A DNA stretch of 64,000 bases from an uncultured Candidatus Saccharibacteria bacterium. GTDB lineage: Bacteria; Patescibacteriota; Saccharimonadia; Saccharimonadales; CAZARM01. Below, piece by piece: positions 1 to 10,400 of this stretch. The notes under the pieces were generated by a model, which did not search any database, was not told the origin of the DNA, and was given only the letters and a program-made list of their open reading frames with translations. The stretch is from assembly GCA_964487615.1 (NCBI GenBank), contig CAZARM010000001.1, positions 32,226-96,225 on the forward strand. Reading direction: 5' to 3'. The position numbers and the translations under genes are program-made. How positions within the stretch are numbered: the stretch's first letter is position 1; each line of letters starts with the position of its first letter.

Positions 1-1
1 C

Positions 2-1513
2 GTCGTCAGTACCTCGTCACGCGATGTGTATAGTGACATTCAACCGGTTGGTGTCCAAGTTACCGATCCGGACCTGATAGACAGCTTATTCGATCCTGGG
101 ATTGTGTACGCCAAAGGTGGCCGTTTGCTCAAGATGCTCCGGGAGTACATTGGAGACAAGGCTTTTGTTCATGGGCTGAGGGCTTATTTTGAGAAGCATG
201 CCTACTCCAATGCTAGCCGTGAAGACTTATGGCATGCCTTGTCGGAAGCCAGCGGCAAAAACATTTCGGCTCTCATGACACCATGGCTGGAGCAGCCTGG
301 TATGCCCGTACTTCACGTTACCCAAGAAGGTAGCAAGTTGCACATCAACCAAGAACGTTTCATGCTCGATAAGCAACCTGATGGCACTTTATGGCCCGTG
401 CCACTGCTGGCCGACAAAGACATTACCCCAGAAATTGTTGACGCCAATAACACTGCTATTGTCCTCAAAGACAGCGACTTTAGGATTATCAACGCCCATG
501 CTAGTGGACATTATTTGGTGGAGTACATCAACCCGAGCCATCGCGAGTACTTGGCGGAGCTGTTTGAGCAAACCAATCTGCCCAGTGAAGCCCGGATCAG
601 CCGCCTAAACGACATCTTTATGTTGTCTAGGCGAGGCGAGGCTTCCCTGCGCGAAGGTTTGGATCTGCTGGCTAAAGCCTCTCATGAACCCAGAGACAGC
701 GTCTGGGACCTGATGCTCCGGATTATCGCCGCCAGCATGCAGTTGACAGAGGCTGACGAAGAGGCTGACGAATTGCTGAAGCGCTTTAGGCGTGAACTGG
801 CCAAAGACTGGTATCACAAACTAACCTGGGATCACGGCAGCGACCATGATCCAAACATCCGCCAACTGCGGCACACTGTCATAGCACTGATGACCAGCGG
901 CGAAGATTCGGACGCCGTGCTGGAAGCCCAAATGCGCTATCAACTCGCCAAAGAGGTCAAAGACATTGATGCCGAGCTGCGTAACACCATCCTCGGTTCT
1001 GTGGTGCGGCAAGCATTGCCTGGTGTAATAGACCAGCTACTGGCTAGCTACCCTACTGCTTCAGCAGAAGTCCAGTTAGACATTACTGGCGCCCTGGCAG
1101 CTACTCGTGACCCAGCTGTTGCCAAGGCTATACTGCATAAAGCACTGGGACCAAAGGGCTTTGTTCGATCCCAAGATACCTTGCGTTGGATCGCTATGTT
1201 TTTGCGCAACCACTACATACGGGACGTTGCCTGGGACTTCCTGGTCAACCAATGGGACTGGCTTGAACAAACACTGGGCACCAGCAAAAACTTTGATTTT
1301 TTGCCCGTTTACTGCGCTGCCGTACTGAATACACCCGAGGGACTACATAAGTTTAAACAACTATTTGATGACAAAAAGCACTTGAAGGTTTTGCAGCACA
1401 ATATCCGCGTAGGCTTAGCCGACATCACCGCGCGGATTGAATGGCGGCAGCGTGAAGAGTCGGGTATTAAAGCCTGGCTGGAGGGCTGGAACGCTACACT
1501 ACCAAAAGATTAG
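2..1513 (+). CDS. pepN: M1-family aminopeptidase N, 5'-truncated by window edge (ERAP1-like C-terminal domain)
   Basis: FDxxxYxKGG catalytic-Tyr region, LREYIG..F..GL..YF..HAY.NA, WLEQPGMP motif; frame open from window start. Confidence 0.88.
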   Translation, partial: VVSTSSRDVYSDIQPVGVQVTDPDLIDSLFDPGIVYAKGGRLLKMLREYIGDKAFVHGLRAYFEKHAYSNASREDLWHALSEASGKNISALMTPWLEQPGMPVLHVTQEGSKLHINQERFMLDKQPDGTLWPVPLLADKDITPEIVDANNTAIVLKDSDFRIINAHASGHYLVEYINPSHREYLAELFEQTNLPSEARISRLNDIFMLSRRGEASLREGLDLLAKASHEPRDSVWDLMLRIIAASMQLTEADEEADELLKRFRRELAKDWYHKLTWDHGSDHDPNIRQLRHTVIALMTSGEDSDAVLEAQMRYQLAKEVKDIDAELRNTILGSVVRQALPGVIDQLLASYPTASAEVQLDITGALAATRDPAVAKAILHKALGPKGFVRSQDTLRWIAMFLRNHYIRDVAWDFLVNQWDWLEQTLGTSKNFDFLPVYCAAVLNTPEGLHKFKQLFDDKKHLKVLQHNIRVGLADITARIEWRQREESGIKAWLEGWNATLPKD

Positions 1514-1832
1514 TCACTATTGGCGGATGGCCGGTGAGTTCAATTGCCGCCAACTCATAATCTGCCAGCCAGTTGTGATTACTGGTCCACATCTCAGCCG
1601 CGAAACGCATTTGGCTTAGCTTCTTGGCCGTTATGTAGTCTAGGCCACTGCCCTGGGCGCCACCGCGCCTAGATTTAACCTCCACAAAATACATGCGCTT
1701 GTCTTTTTCGGCGACTACATCAATTTCACAATACTTGGTCTTCCAGTTCAGTTCAACGACTCGGTAGCCTTGGGTTTTCAAATATTCAGCAGCCACGTTT
1801 TCAGCGTGATGACCGGCCTCATAGTTAGACAT
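1494..1832 (-). CDS. yraN: YraN family (UPF0102) putative endonuclease
   Basis: G..AE..A..YL...GY.....NW....EIDVV....FVEVKSR motif; downstream of rnhB as usual; start placed at MSNYEAG. Confidence 0.88.
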   Translation of the reverse strand: MSNYEAGHHAENVAAEYLKTQGYRVVELNWKTKYCEIDVVAEKDKRMYFVEVKSRRGGAQGSGLDYITAKKLSQMRFAAEMWTSNHNWLADYELAAIELTGHPPIVTNLLVV

Positions 1833-2430
1833 CAGTCGCTCCTGCAAGGACTACTTTGACTGGTTTATAACTAAGCCGGTGCAGCTCGCAGACTCCATGT
1901 AGCCTTAATAGTCGATGGTGCAACGATGTGCCATAACCCACGTGTTTTTCAAACTGGTAGAGTGGATGCTTCAGTCCGGCCCGACGCATGTAGGCATCCC
2001 GTTCAGTTTTAGCCAAGATGCTGGCTGCACTAACCGCTGGTACTAGTGCATCAGCTTTAATCATAGTTGCAAATCCCTCTGTGCAAGGAGTTTGATTGCA
2101 AGAACATAGGTAATTAAAGTTCCCGTCAATCAGCACTGGATAAATAACTTTGTCGATCGTGAGGTTTATTTCAGACAGAGCGGATTGCATTGCTTGGCGG
2201 GTGGCGGCTGTTAGGCCTATTTCGTCGATCTCTTTGGGAGTCACCCAGCCGACGCCGTAAGCTACGGCGCTAAGCTTAATTTCTGCGGCTAGTTTTTCTC
2301 TCTGGAGACGAGTTAGCTTTTTTGAATCGGCTAGTCCGAGGATCGGCAAATCTAGCAGCACAGCAGCTGCTACAAGCGGTCCCGCCCAGCAACCGCGTCC
2401 GGTTTCGTCAATCCCGACAATCATGTCCAT
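1825..2430 (-). CDS. rnhB: Ribonuclease HII
   Basis: GIDETGRGCWAGP, DSKKL, IDG, KAD...VSAASILAK, GYGT, HRLSY motifs. Confidence 0.95.
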   Translation of the reverse strand: MDMIVGIDETGRGCWAGPLVAAAVLLDLPILGLADSKKLTRLQREKLAAEIKLSAVAYGVGWVTPKEIDEIGLTAATRQAMQSALSEINLTIDKVIYPVLIDGNFNYLCSCNQTPCTEGFATMIKADALVPAVSAASILAKTERDAYMRRAGLKHPLYQFEKHVGYGTSLHHRLLRLHGVCELHRLSYKPVKVVLAGATDV

Positions 2431-2444
2431 GCCTCAATGGTAAC

Positions 2445-2468
2445 AAAAAACCGCCTTTTTCGGCGGTC
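2445..2468 (-). terminator. Rho-independent terminator after rplS
   Basis: minus strand ACCGCC-GAAAAA-GGCGGT followed by a U tract. Confidence 0.7.
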
Positions 2469-2489
2469 TGATTAAGGCTTGACAAAGGA

Positions 2490-3020
2490 TTACTCGGCCT
2501 TGGGAACTTCCTCGTGTTTAGCTATTGCCTCTTCAGCTTTAGCTTCGATCTTGGATTCTTCTTTGGCTTTTTCGGCTGCTTCGATCTCGTGCTGCTTTTC
2601 GGTCTCCTCCTTCAGTTTCTCGGCTTCAGCCTCGGCTTTTTCATCGACAATAGAATTTACAGCTTGGCGGTCGAAGTCTTGGCCTGTTAATCGAGCTGAT
2701 TTGCCAGTACGTGCGCGCATGTAAGTTAGATAATTGCGCCGGACCTTGCTGCGCTTTGTGACTTCAATCTTGACGACTAATGGACTATGGAGCAAGAAGC
2801 TCTTTTCGACACCGACGCCACTGGCAATGCGGCGCACCACGATCCGACTAGTGTGTGAGTTCTTGCGGTCAGTTCGAATAACCAGACCTTGAAAAATTTG
2901 GATTCGTTCTTTGCTGCCTTCACGAATTTTCTGGTGCACCTTAACAGTGTCGCCTGAATGAACGTCGACAATCTGTGGTTTCTTATAACGAGCTTCAATT
3001 TGGCTAATAACAGATGGCAT
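2490..3020 (-). CDS. rplS: 50S ribosomal protein L19 with charged C-terminal extension
   Basis: GDTVKVH..IREG.KERIQ.F.G, GVGVEK.F..HSP, KVRR motifs. Confidence 0.96.
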   Translation of the reverse strand: MPSVISQIEARYKKPQIVDVHSGDTVKVHQKIREGSKERIQIFQGLVIRTDRKNSHTSRIVVRRIASGVGVEKSFLLHSPLVVKIEVTKRSKVRRNYLTYMRARTGKSARLTGQDFDRQAVNSIVDEKAEAEAEKLKEETEKQHEIEAAEKAKEESKIEAKAEEAIAKHEEVPKAE

Positions 3021-3085
3021 AACCAATAGATATTACACTAAGTTACCCTTTTATGCAACTAGTTCTGATCTGTTATCATACATGC

Positions 3086-4219
3086 ATGGATTTCAATAAA
3101 ATAGCCCTCCAAAAACATAAACAATTGCGTGGAAAAATCGAGATTACTCTCAAAGATAAGTTAAACTCGCCGGACAAGTTGAGCACCTATTACACGCCTG
3201 GCGTAGCGGCGGTGTCTAGTTACGTGGCTGAGCACCCCGATGAAGCCCGGGACTACACCTGGCTCAACAACTCGGTGGCGGTTATTTCGGATGGATCAGC
3301 TGTTCTGGGGCTTGGAGATATCGGTCCGTATGGTGCATTGCCGGTTATGGAAGGCAAAGCCATGCTATTCAAGCACTTCGCTGGGATCGATGCTGTGCCA
3401 ATTGTGTTAGATGTACATACGGCTGATGAGATAGTCAGTGCAGTGCTTGCAATCGCACCGAGTTTTGGTGGCATAAATCTGGAAGACATTGCGGCTCCGA
3501 TTTGTTTTGAGGTCGAAGACCGCGTCAAAGCCGCGCTCAAGATTCCTGTCATGCACGACGACCAGCATGGGACAGCTGTAGTTGTGCTGGCTGGGCTTAT
3601 AAACGCTATGAAAGTAACTGGTCGAGATCTTAAAGATTGCCGGATTGTCACTGTCGGTGCCGGAGCTGCTGGCACTGCTATTATGAAGTTGTTGCATAAA
3701 TTTGCCGCCCCAGAGATTTTGGCGGTGGATAGCAAGGGCATTATTTCTGCCAAGCGGACAGATCTAAATGATGACAAGAAAAAGCTACTGAAGTTTACAA
3801 ATAAGCCCAATCTCAGCGGATCATTACAAGACGCTTTGAAAGGTGCTGATATATTTATCGGTGTCTCCAAGGCAGGCCTACTAACTGTCGATATGGTTAG
3901 ATCAATGAGTAAGGATCCAATAATTTTTGCTATGGCTAACCCAGTGCCAGAGATCATGCCGGACGAAGGCAAGATAGCCGGTGTTGCCGTCATGGCTACT
4001 GGTCGTAGTGACTTTCCCAATCAAGTAAATAATGCCCTGGCTTTTCCGGGTATTTTCCGTGGTGCACTAGACAATCGTGTCAGCAAGATCACTGATGAGC
4101 ACAAGATTGCTGCCGCTGAGGTTATTGCTAGCCTCGTAGACAACCCTACCGCAGAACAAATTATTCCCAGCGTTCTGGACGACCGTTTAGTCCCGGCCAT
4201 TGCGAAGGTGATCACCTAA
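3086..4219 (+). CDS. NAD(P)-dependent malic enzyme
   Basis: YTPGVA, AVLGLGDIG, PVMEGKA, INLEDI, HDDQHGTA, GAGAAG, TGRSDFPNQVNN motifs; start at MDFNK after TATCAT box. Confidence 0.94.
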   Translation: MDFNKIALQKHKQLRGKIEITLKDKLNSPDKLSTYYTPGVAAVSSYVAEHPDEARDYTWLNNSVAVISDGSAVLGLGDIGPYGALPVMEGKAMLFKHFAGIDAVPIVLDVHTADEIVSAVLAIAPSFGGINLEDIAAPICFEVEDRVKAALKIPVMHDDQHGTAVVVLAGLINAMKVTGRDLKDCRIVTVGAGAAGTAIMKLLHKFAAPEILAVDSKGIISAKRTDLNDDKKKLLKFTNKPNLSGSLQDALKGADIFIGVSKAGLLTVDMVRSMSKDPIIFAMANPVPEIMPDEGKIAGVAVMATGRSDFPNQVNNALAFPGIFRGALDNRVSKITDEHKIAAAEVIASLVDNPTAEQIIPSVLDDRLVPAIAKVIT

Positions 4220-5817
4220 CCAATAACGCGGTAGACTTCGTCAATCGTAGTTTGGCCGTCTATAACCTTGAGTATGCCGTCCTGGAGCATAGTGCGCATA
4301 CCACTTTTAGTCGCGGCTTCTTCTATTTGCTGCGAGGTAAGGCCCTCGGTGTGGTGCTCTAGTAAATCACGTATTGCTCCAGCCATTAGAAACTGTTCGC
4401 GCAGGGCAACTTGGCCACGGAAGCCATAAGGGTTGTCCTCTGAAGCTCCTGGCTTGTAGAGCTGCAAGTTAGTGATGTCAGGCTTAGGTATGTTGGCTGG
4501 CAGGCTATCGAGGACCTCATGAACTTTGCGCTTTACGGCCTCATCGGGCGTGTATGCTTGTTTGGTGTTGTCATCCAGTTTGCGTACCAAGCGTTGAGCC
4601 ATAACTAGACGTATTGCCGATACAAACAGCGGATTCTGACCAATAATATCGGTTAGGCGCGTTAGGGCGGCCGCAGCCGATGAAGCGTGGAATGTAGACA
4701 GCACTAAGTGACCAGTTAGTGCTGCCTGTAGTGCTGTTTTGGCGGTGTCTGGGTCGCGGATCTCTCCAACCATCACAATGTCGGGGTCTAGCCTTAGCAC
4801 AGCCCTTAGTTTCTCAGCAAAACTGGTCTCTTCGGCAGTTTTAGTGGACACCGAAATCTGGGTAATACCTGAAAACTGGTACTCGACGGGGTCTTCTATA
4901 GTAATGATTTTACGTTCTTCATTATTGAGTGAATTTAGCATGGAGTACAGCGTTGTGGTCTTGCCCGATCCAGTGGGACCGACCACCATCACCAGACCGC
5001 TCGGCTTGGCGATGATGTCGTCGACGTGCTGGCGTTCTTCTGGAGACAATCCTAATTTGTCGAGCTTGTACATGTCCTGGTCCATATTGAACAAACGCAT
5101 CACGACATCCATGCCATTGATAGTAGGCACCGTTTCCAAACGCAAATTAATATCGACTTCTTTACCGTCTTGCATGCGCAAATGTTGAGAGATGTGGCCC
5201 TGCTGGGCGTCGGGTGCAGAGGTAGAAACATTACCGGCGCTGGCAACTGCAGAAATAAGTATTCGATATTTTTCCAGGCTAATGTGAGCAATCGGGTGCA
5301 ACACACCGTCCATCCGGAATCGGATGCGCACATATTCGCGTTGAGTTTCTATGTGTATGTCTGAGGCTGCCAAACGGTGAGCCTGTTGCACCAGGTAAGC
5401 CAGCATGTCATCAGCTCGAACTTGTTCGAGTGTGGCGGAAACCGTCTTGAGCAATTCCTCGGTTCCAGCGGTGTTCACGGCGATGTCCTGGTAGACAACT
5501 TGCTTTGGCGGGTCATATAGTTTCATGTACTCCCTATAGCCCGTGTCGGATATCAAGGCAAATGCAATACGCTGGTCCAGGAAGCGGCCTCTAAGCCCCG
5601 TCATAGTTTGCTGGGAGGTGGTGTTGGTCACTCCAAAGGTTATGTGGCTCTCGTCCAGGACGAGCGGTATGACGCGCAGATCGTATAGATCCCGCATGGG
5701 CATCAACGCCTTATACAGCGTCTTTTGAATTTGCGACGTATCAACATAATCTAACCCCAAAATCCGGGCTCGGCGCTGGGTAGCCAGCTCCTCGTCGCGT
5801 CTAGCATCTTGACTCAT
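4216..5817 (-). CDS. GspE/PilB family type II secretion / type IV pilus assembly ATPase
   Basis: ASDIHIE, R.R.DG.L, Walker A GPTGSGKTTTLY, TIEDPVE, LRLDPDIVMVGEIRD, TGHLVLSTFH. Confidence 0.92.
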   Translation of the reverse strand: MSQDARRDEELATQRRARILGLDYVDTSQIQKTLYKALMPMRDLYDLRVIPLVLDESHITFGVTNTTSQQTMTGLRGRFLDQRIAFALISDTGYREYMKLYDPPKQVVYQDIAVNTAGTEELLKTVSATLEQVRADDMLAYLVQQAHRLAASDIHIETQREYVRIRFRMDGVLHPIAHISLEKYRILISAVASAGNVSTSAPDAQQGHISQHLRMQDGKEVDINLRLETVPTINGMDVVMRLFNMDQDMYKLDKLGLSPEERQHVDDIIAKPSGLVMVVGPTGSGKTTTLYSMLNSLNNEERKIITIEDPVEYQFSGITQISVSTKTAEETSFAEKLRAVLRLDPDIVMVGEIRDPDTAKTALQAALTGHLVLSTFHASSAAAALTRLTDIIGQNPLFVSAIRLVMAQRLVRKLDDNTKQAYTPDEAVKRKVHEVLDSLPANIPKPDITNLQLYKPGASEDNPYGFRGQVALREQFLMAGAIRDLLEHHTEGLTSQQIEEAATKSGMRTMLQDGILKVIDGQTTIDEVYRVIG

Positions 5818-5879
5818 ATACTCACATTATAACCATAAGCATGTGCACGTACTAGTGCTGCTCTGCTAGGATTAAACGT

Positions 5880-6377
5880 ATGCAACGCCAATTGGTCATC
5901 ATAGCGCATAATTTGCGTAGCACTCATAACGTCGGTTCCCTGCTGCGCACCGCTGAGGGCTTAGGTGTGACCGGTGTTTTCTTGACAGGCTATACACCTT
6001 ACCCGGGTATTCCCGGTGATGTGCGCTTACCACACGAACACAAGAAGCTGACGGCTCAGATTCATAAAACCGCACTAGGCGCTGAGGCATCTGTACCGTG
6101 GAAACACGCAAACGACATTGAGCCAGTGTTAGCAAGCTTGCGAAGAAATAACTTCAAAGTGGTTGCCTTGGAGCAGCACTCCGGGAGCATACCCTTGCTG
6201 GACTATCAGGCACCAGCAAAGCTAGCGCTGATTGTTGGACGTGAGGTGGAAGGAATTGAGCCGGAAGTTTTGGAGATGTCTGACGCCATTGTAGAAATTC
6301 CAATGATGGGGCAGAAAGAATCATTCAACGTCGTTCAAGCCGCCGCGATGGCACTCCACGATTTGACATTCCACTAA
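5880..6377 (+). CDS. TrmH/SpoU family RNA methyltransferase
   Basis: NVGSLLRTA, G.EVEGI, IPM.G.KESFNV SPOUT motifs. Confidence 0.9.
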   Translation: MQRQLVIIAHNLRSTHNVGSLLRTAEGLGVTGVFLTGYTPYPGIPGDVRLPHEHKKLTAQIHKTALGAEASVPWKHANDIEPVLASLRRNNFKVVALEQHSGSIPLLDYQAPAKLALIVGREVEGIEPEVLEMSDAIVEIPMMGQKESFNVVQAAAMALHDLTFH

Positions 6378-6410
6378 ACAAGAGTTGATGATAGAATAAT
6401 CACTAGAACT

Positions 6411-7298
6411 ATGCTGTCTAAAACAAAAAAGGTCTCTGAGCATAAACGCAACGGACGCCACCATAGCCACACGACTCAGTACAAACAGATTTACTGGCCG
6501 TATTTGCCTTTGGTTGTAGTGGCCATATTTATGTTGGCTATTTCTATCCTGCCCAATCGTGGCACCAGCCACACGCTAGCTTATGCTACCGAAATGAGCC
6601 GGGAAACACTGCTCCAAGCCACTAATGGCCAACGTGCCAGCAACAATAAGGAAAACCTCACCTTGGAAGCTGAGCTAAACAAAGCCGCTCAAGCCAAAGC
6701 AGAAGACATGGCCAAGCGAAACTACTGGTCACATCAAACACCAGAGGGTAAAGACCCCTGGATCTTTATTGACCAGACCGGATACAAATACTACAAAGCC
6801 GGCGAAAACCTAGCCTACGGCTTCGTGGACAGTGATACGACCGTCAAAGGCTGGATGAATAGTCCCACCCACCGTGATAATTTATTAGACAGTGCATTTA
6901 CCGAAGTTGGCTTTGGCTTTGCCAACGCCAACGATTACCAGAAATCTGGTCCCGAAACTATCGTAGTCGCAATATATGGTCGACCCCAGAGTCTAGGCAG
7001 CACTGTATTAGCCGCTCAACCCTCGTCGACCAATCCTCCAGTCACCGCCTCACCGAGCAAAGAAGTAACCAAAATTGAAGTTTTAAGTGGTAGTAAACTG
7101 ACCTGGGCACCGTTTGCAGTCGGCATTTTGAGTGGTGTAGCAGTCACTGGCTTGTTACTCAATCACGGTCTGCGTCTGCGCAAACTGCTTCGCAAGGGCG
7201 AGAGGTACTTTGTAGCTCACCCCATCCTAGACATCGCACTCATAGTTATTGCCTTCTCCTGTGTAGAACTCACCCGCACGATCGGCTATATCCATTAG
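6411..7298 (+). CDS. CAP (SCP) domain membrane protein
   Basis: L..AAQ.KA.DMA.RNYWSH, AGENLA, WMNSPTHRDN; N- and C-terminal TM segments. Confidence 0.88.
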   Translation: MLSKTKKVSEHKRNGRHHSHTTQYKQIYWPYLPLVVVAIFMLAISILPNRGTSHTLAYATEMSRETLLQATNGQRASNNKENLTLEAELNKAAQAKAEDMAKRNYWSHQTPEGKDPWIFIDQTGYKYYKAGENLAYGFVDSDTTVKGWMNSPTHRDNLLDSAFTEVGFGFANANDYQKSGPETIVVAIYGRPQSLGSTVLAAQPSSTNPPVTASPSKEVTKIEVLSGSKLTWAPFAVGILSGVAVTGLLLNHGLRLRKLLRKGERYFVAHPILDIALIVIAFSCVELTRTIGYIH

Positions 7299-7335
7299 GG
7301 TATATTTTTAAACGGAAGCAGTTTATACTGCTGGT

Positions 7336-7473
7336 ATGACAAAGAAAACCAAACAACAGAGAGAACTAACTAAACGCGACCTGGCTTTTTACGTCGCCGT
7401 TATCTTATTGCTGGGTCCTTTAGGTGTGGTAATCGTCCTTTATGACTACCACCGCTATATCAAGAAAACCTAG
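7336..7473 (+). CDS. Small 45-aa single-TM membrane protein (not in ORF track)
   Basis: MTKKTKQQRELTKRDLAFYVAVILLLGPLGVVIVLYDYHRYIKKT*; TATACT 6 nt upstream of ATG; fills the gap exactly and its stop overlaps the dnaE stop. Confidence 0.65.
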   Translation: MTKKTKQQRELTKRDLAFYVAVILLLGPLGVVIVLYDYHRYIKKT

Positions 7474-10400
7474 TGCACTTTGATATTGTCAGTGCCAACA
7501 ACGGAAGCTAGCTCGGCAATGCTATCGTCACTCGCGGATAATCTCATGGGCAACTTAATGATCTGTTTTTGATCGGCTGGGCCGAGGACTAAAACTACTT
7601 CTGTGTTGCCTTTATGCAAATCAATCTTTTCTTTTAGTCCTAGCAGCATCTGCTGATCTTCACTGCTCGTTAAGCGAATATAAACTCTTGGGTTGGCTTG
7701 CAATGACGGCTCCATTGGCAGAATAGCTGATGCGGATTTTTTAGCCTTACGTGTCTTGAGGGCTTTCCGTTCTTTGCCGGTTGCTTGATATGCAGCAGCC
7801 TGGTCTAGTGTGACTTCACGGGCATCATCAACCATGACCTTTACGTCCTGAATTAGGTTGCCGTCGCGGTCTTTGGCGTTAACTTTGCCTTTGACTATCA
7901 CTACTCGATCTCGTTCCCATATGCCAGTGGTTTGCTGGTAGATGCTTGGAAAAAGGATGAATTCTATCTCATGGAAGCTGTCGGCTACCTTAACAAAAGC
8001 CATTTTTTGGCCATTCTTGGTGGTGATTTCACGCACATCAACAATGGCACCTCCTACAGTTACGCTACTACCGTCGTGCTCCGCCCGTAGTTGATTGAGC
8101 GGTACAGTCTGTTCAGCAAGCAAAGTCTCAAACGACTGTAGCGGGTGTTGGGATAGGTAAATGCCCAGTAATTCGCGCTCCCAGACCAACAACTCTCGCT
8201 CGGGAATTTCTGACCCTGGCTTTTCGATAATCAGCTGAGGTCGGACTTGGTCTTCGATAAGGTTGCCAAAAAGATCTGTCTGTCCGCTAGAGGCTTGCTT
8301 CTGCAAGCGATTAGCAAAGGCCAAAAACACATCAAGATTATGTAGCAGATGTGACCTACTACCAAAGCGATCGAAGGCTCCAGCCTTCATCAGGCTTTCC
8401 AGCGCTTTGCGGTTAACCACCCGAGGGCTGACTTTGCTAAAGAAATCTTCCAGTGACTCAAATGGCCCTACCTGACGTGCTCGCAAGATCTCTTCTACAG
8501 CTGCCGTTCCAACATTCTTGATGGCATTCATCCCGAAGCGTATCTGGTTGGTTTTAGGTACAACTGCAAACTCCACAAAAGATTCATTGACATCCGGCGG
8601 CAAAACCTCCACACCGATGTGCTTGCATTCAGCTATCTCAATTGCCAACCGATCGGTGTCATCGTAGTCGCTAGTCATCAGAGCCGCCATAAATGCCGCT
8701 GGATAGTGAGCTTTTAGATAAGCTGTTTGGTAAGCAATTAACCCATAACATGCGGCATGGGATTTGTTAAAACAATAGGCCGCAAAATCTTCTAGCTGCT
8801 TCCAGAATTTCTCCATCAAGGTTTTGTCGATTTCTGAGTGTTTCTGGCCGCCCTCGATCATCTTGTCTTTCATTTTGGCCATAAGTTCGGCATTTTTCTT
8901 GCCAATGGCTTTACGTAGCGTGTCTGCCTCACCGCCACTAAAACCACATACTTCTTTGGATATCTGCATAACCTGCTCCTGGTAAACTAGAACGCCGTAG
9001 GTATTTTTTAGAGCGTTTTCCATGCTGATATGCGGATAACTGATTTGGCGCAAACCATGCTTACGACCGATGAATTCATCGATAAACTGCATCGGTCCTG
9101 GGCGGTAAAGGGCTACCATGGCGATGATGTCTTCAAAGACCGTGGGCTTGAGGTCTTTGAGATAGCGTTTCATGCCAGCTGATTCCAGCTGAAATACACC
9201 AGTAGTGTCACCTCGCTGGAAAAGTTCGTAAGTAGCCTTATCGTCCAACGGGATCTTGTTGACATCAATGTCATCACCGTAAACTTTGCGTACTATGCGT
9301 AGCGCATTTTTAATAATAGTCAGGTTGCTCAAACCCAAGAAGTCCATTTTAAGTAGTCCTAAATCCTCGATCGGGCCCATGGAGTACTGGGTAGCTACGA
9401 CGCCCTTCTGAGCCATTTCCATTGGTGCAAATTTCACAATTTCGTCAGGTGCAATCACTACGCCAGCAGCATGGACGCCATGGCTGCGGATAGTGCCTTC
9501 GAGTCGCAAAGCTTGGTCTAGCACCGTACGGCTAATCTCGTTGGACTCGTATTCGGCCCTAAGGTCGGGGTCATCCTTCAGTGATTTCTCCAGTGGAATG
9601 TGACGACCCTGGAACGGAGCAGGAATCATCTTGGCCAAACGGTCAGCGTCAACGTAAGGAACTTGCAATACTCTAGCTACATCACGTACAGCGTTGCGAG
9701 CAAACATTCGGCCAAAGGTGGCAATATTGGCGACCCGATCAGCGCCATACTTATCGATACAGTACTGGATGACTTCGTTGCGCCGAGTATCCTGGATATC
9801 GATGTCGATATCTGGCATGCTGATACGGTCGGGATTAAGAAAACGCTCAAACAGCAGGTCGTACTGAATAGGATCTAGTTCGGTTATCTTGAGCCCATAT
9901 GCAATAATTGAGCCAGCTGCGGATCCACGACCTGGACCAAAAACGATGCCATTGTTCTTGCCCCAGTTAATAAAGTCTTGAATGATCAAGAAATAGCCGT
10001 TAAAGCCCATGTTATCAATGACGTTTAATTCAAATCCTGCCCGGGCGACCATTTCAAACGGCAGAGTTTTCTGGGCTTCTTCGCGGCTAAGATCGGCTGC
10101 CTGAAGTTCGCTGACGCCACCATAGCGCCAGGCCAAGCCACGATAAACCAGGTCGTGCAGATATGACTTCTCTGTCTTGCCTCTGGGGACGGGAAACTTG
10201 GGGATCAGAATTTTTCCTAAGTCTAACTCAACGTGACAACGGTCGGCTACTAGCTTAGTATTGGTTATTACATCCGGGTTATCTTTACCCCAACGCTTGA
10301 TGATTACTTGAGGCGTTTCAACATGGAGCGGAAAATCCTTTAGTGACATGCGCTTTTCGTCACTCAAGAACGATCCTGTACCAACGCACAATAAGATTTC

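Noticed and set aside
3253-4020. 255-aa antisense ORF (similar ones at 27123-27734, 36476-37051, 43595-44317, 58417-59004, 59184-59762)
   Set aside because: Shadow frames antisense to well-identified genes, with no motifs.
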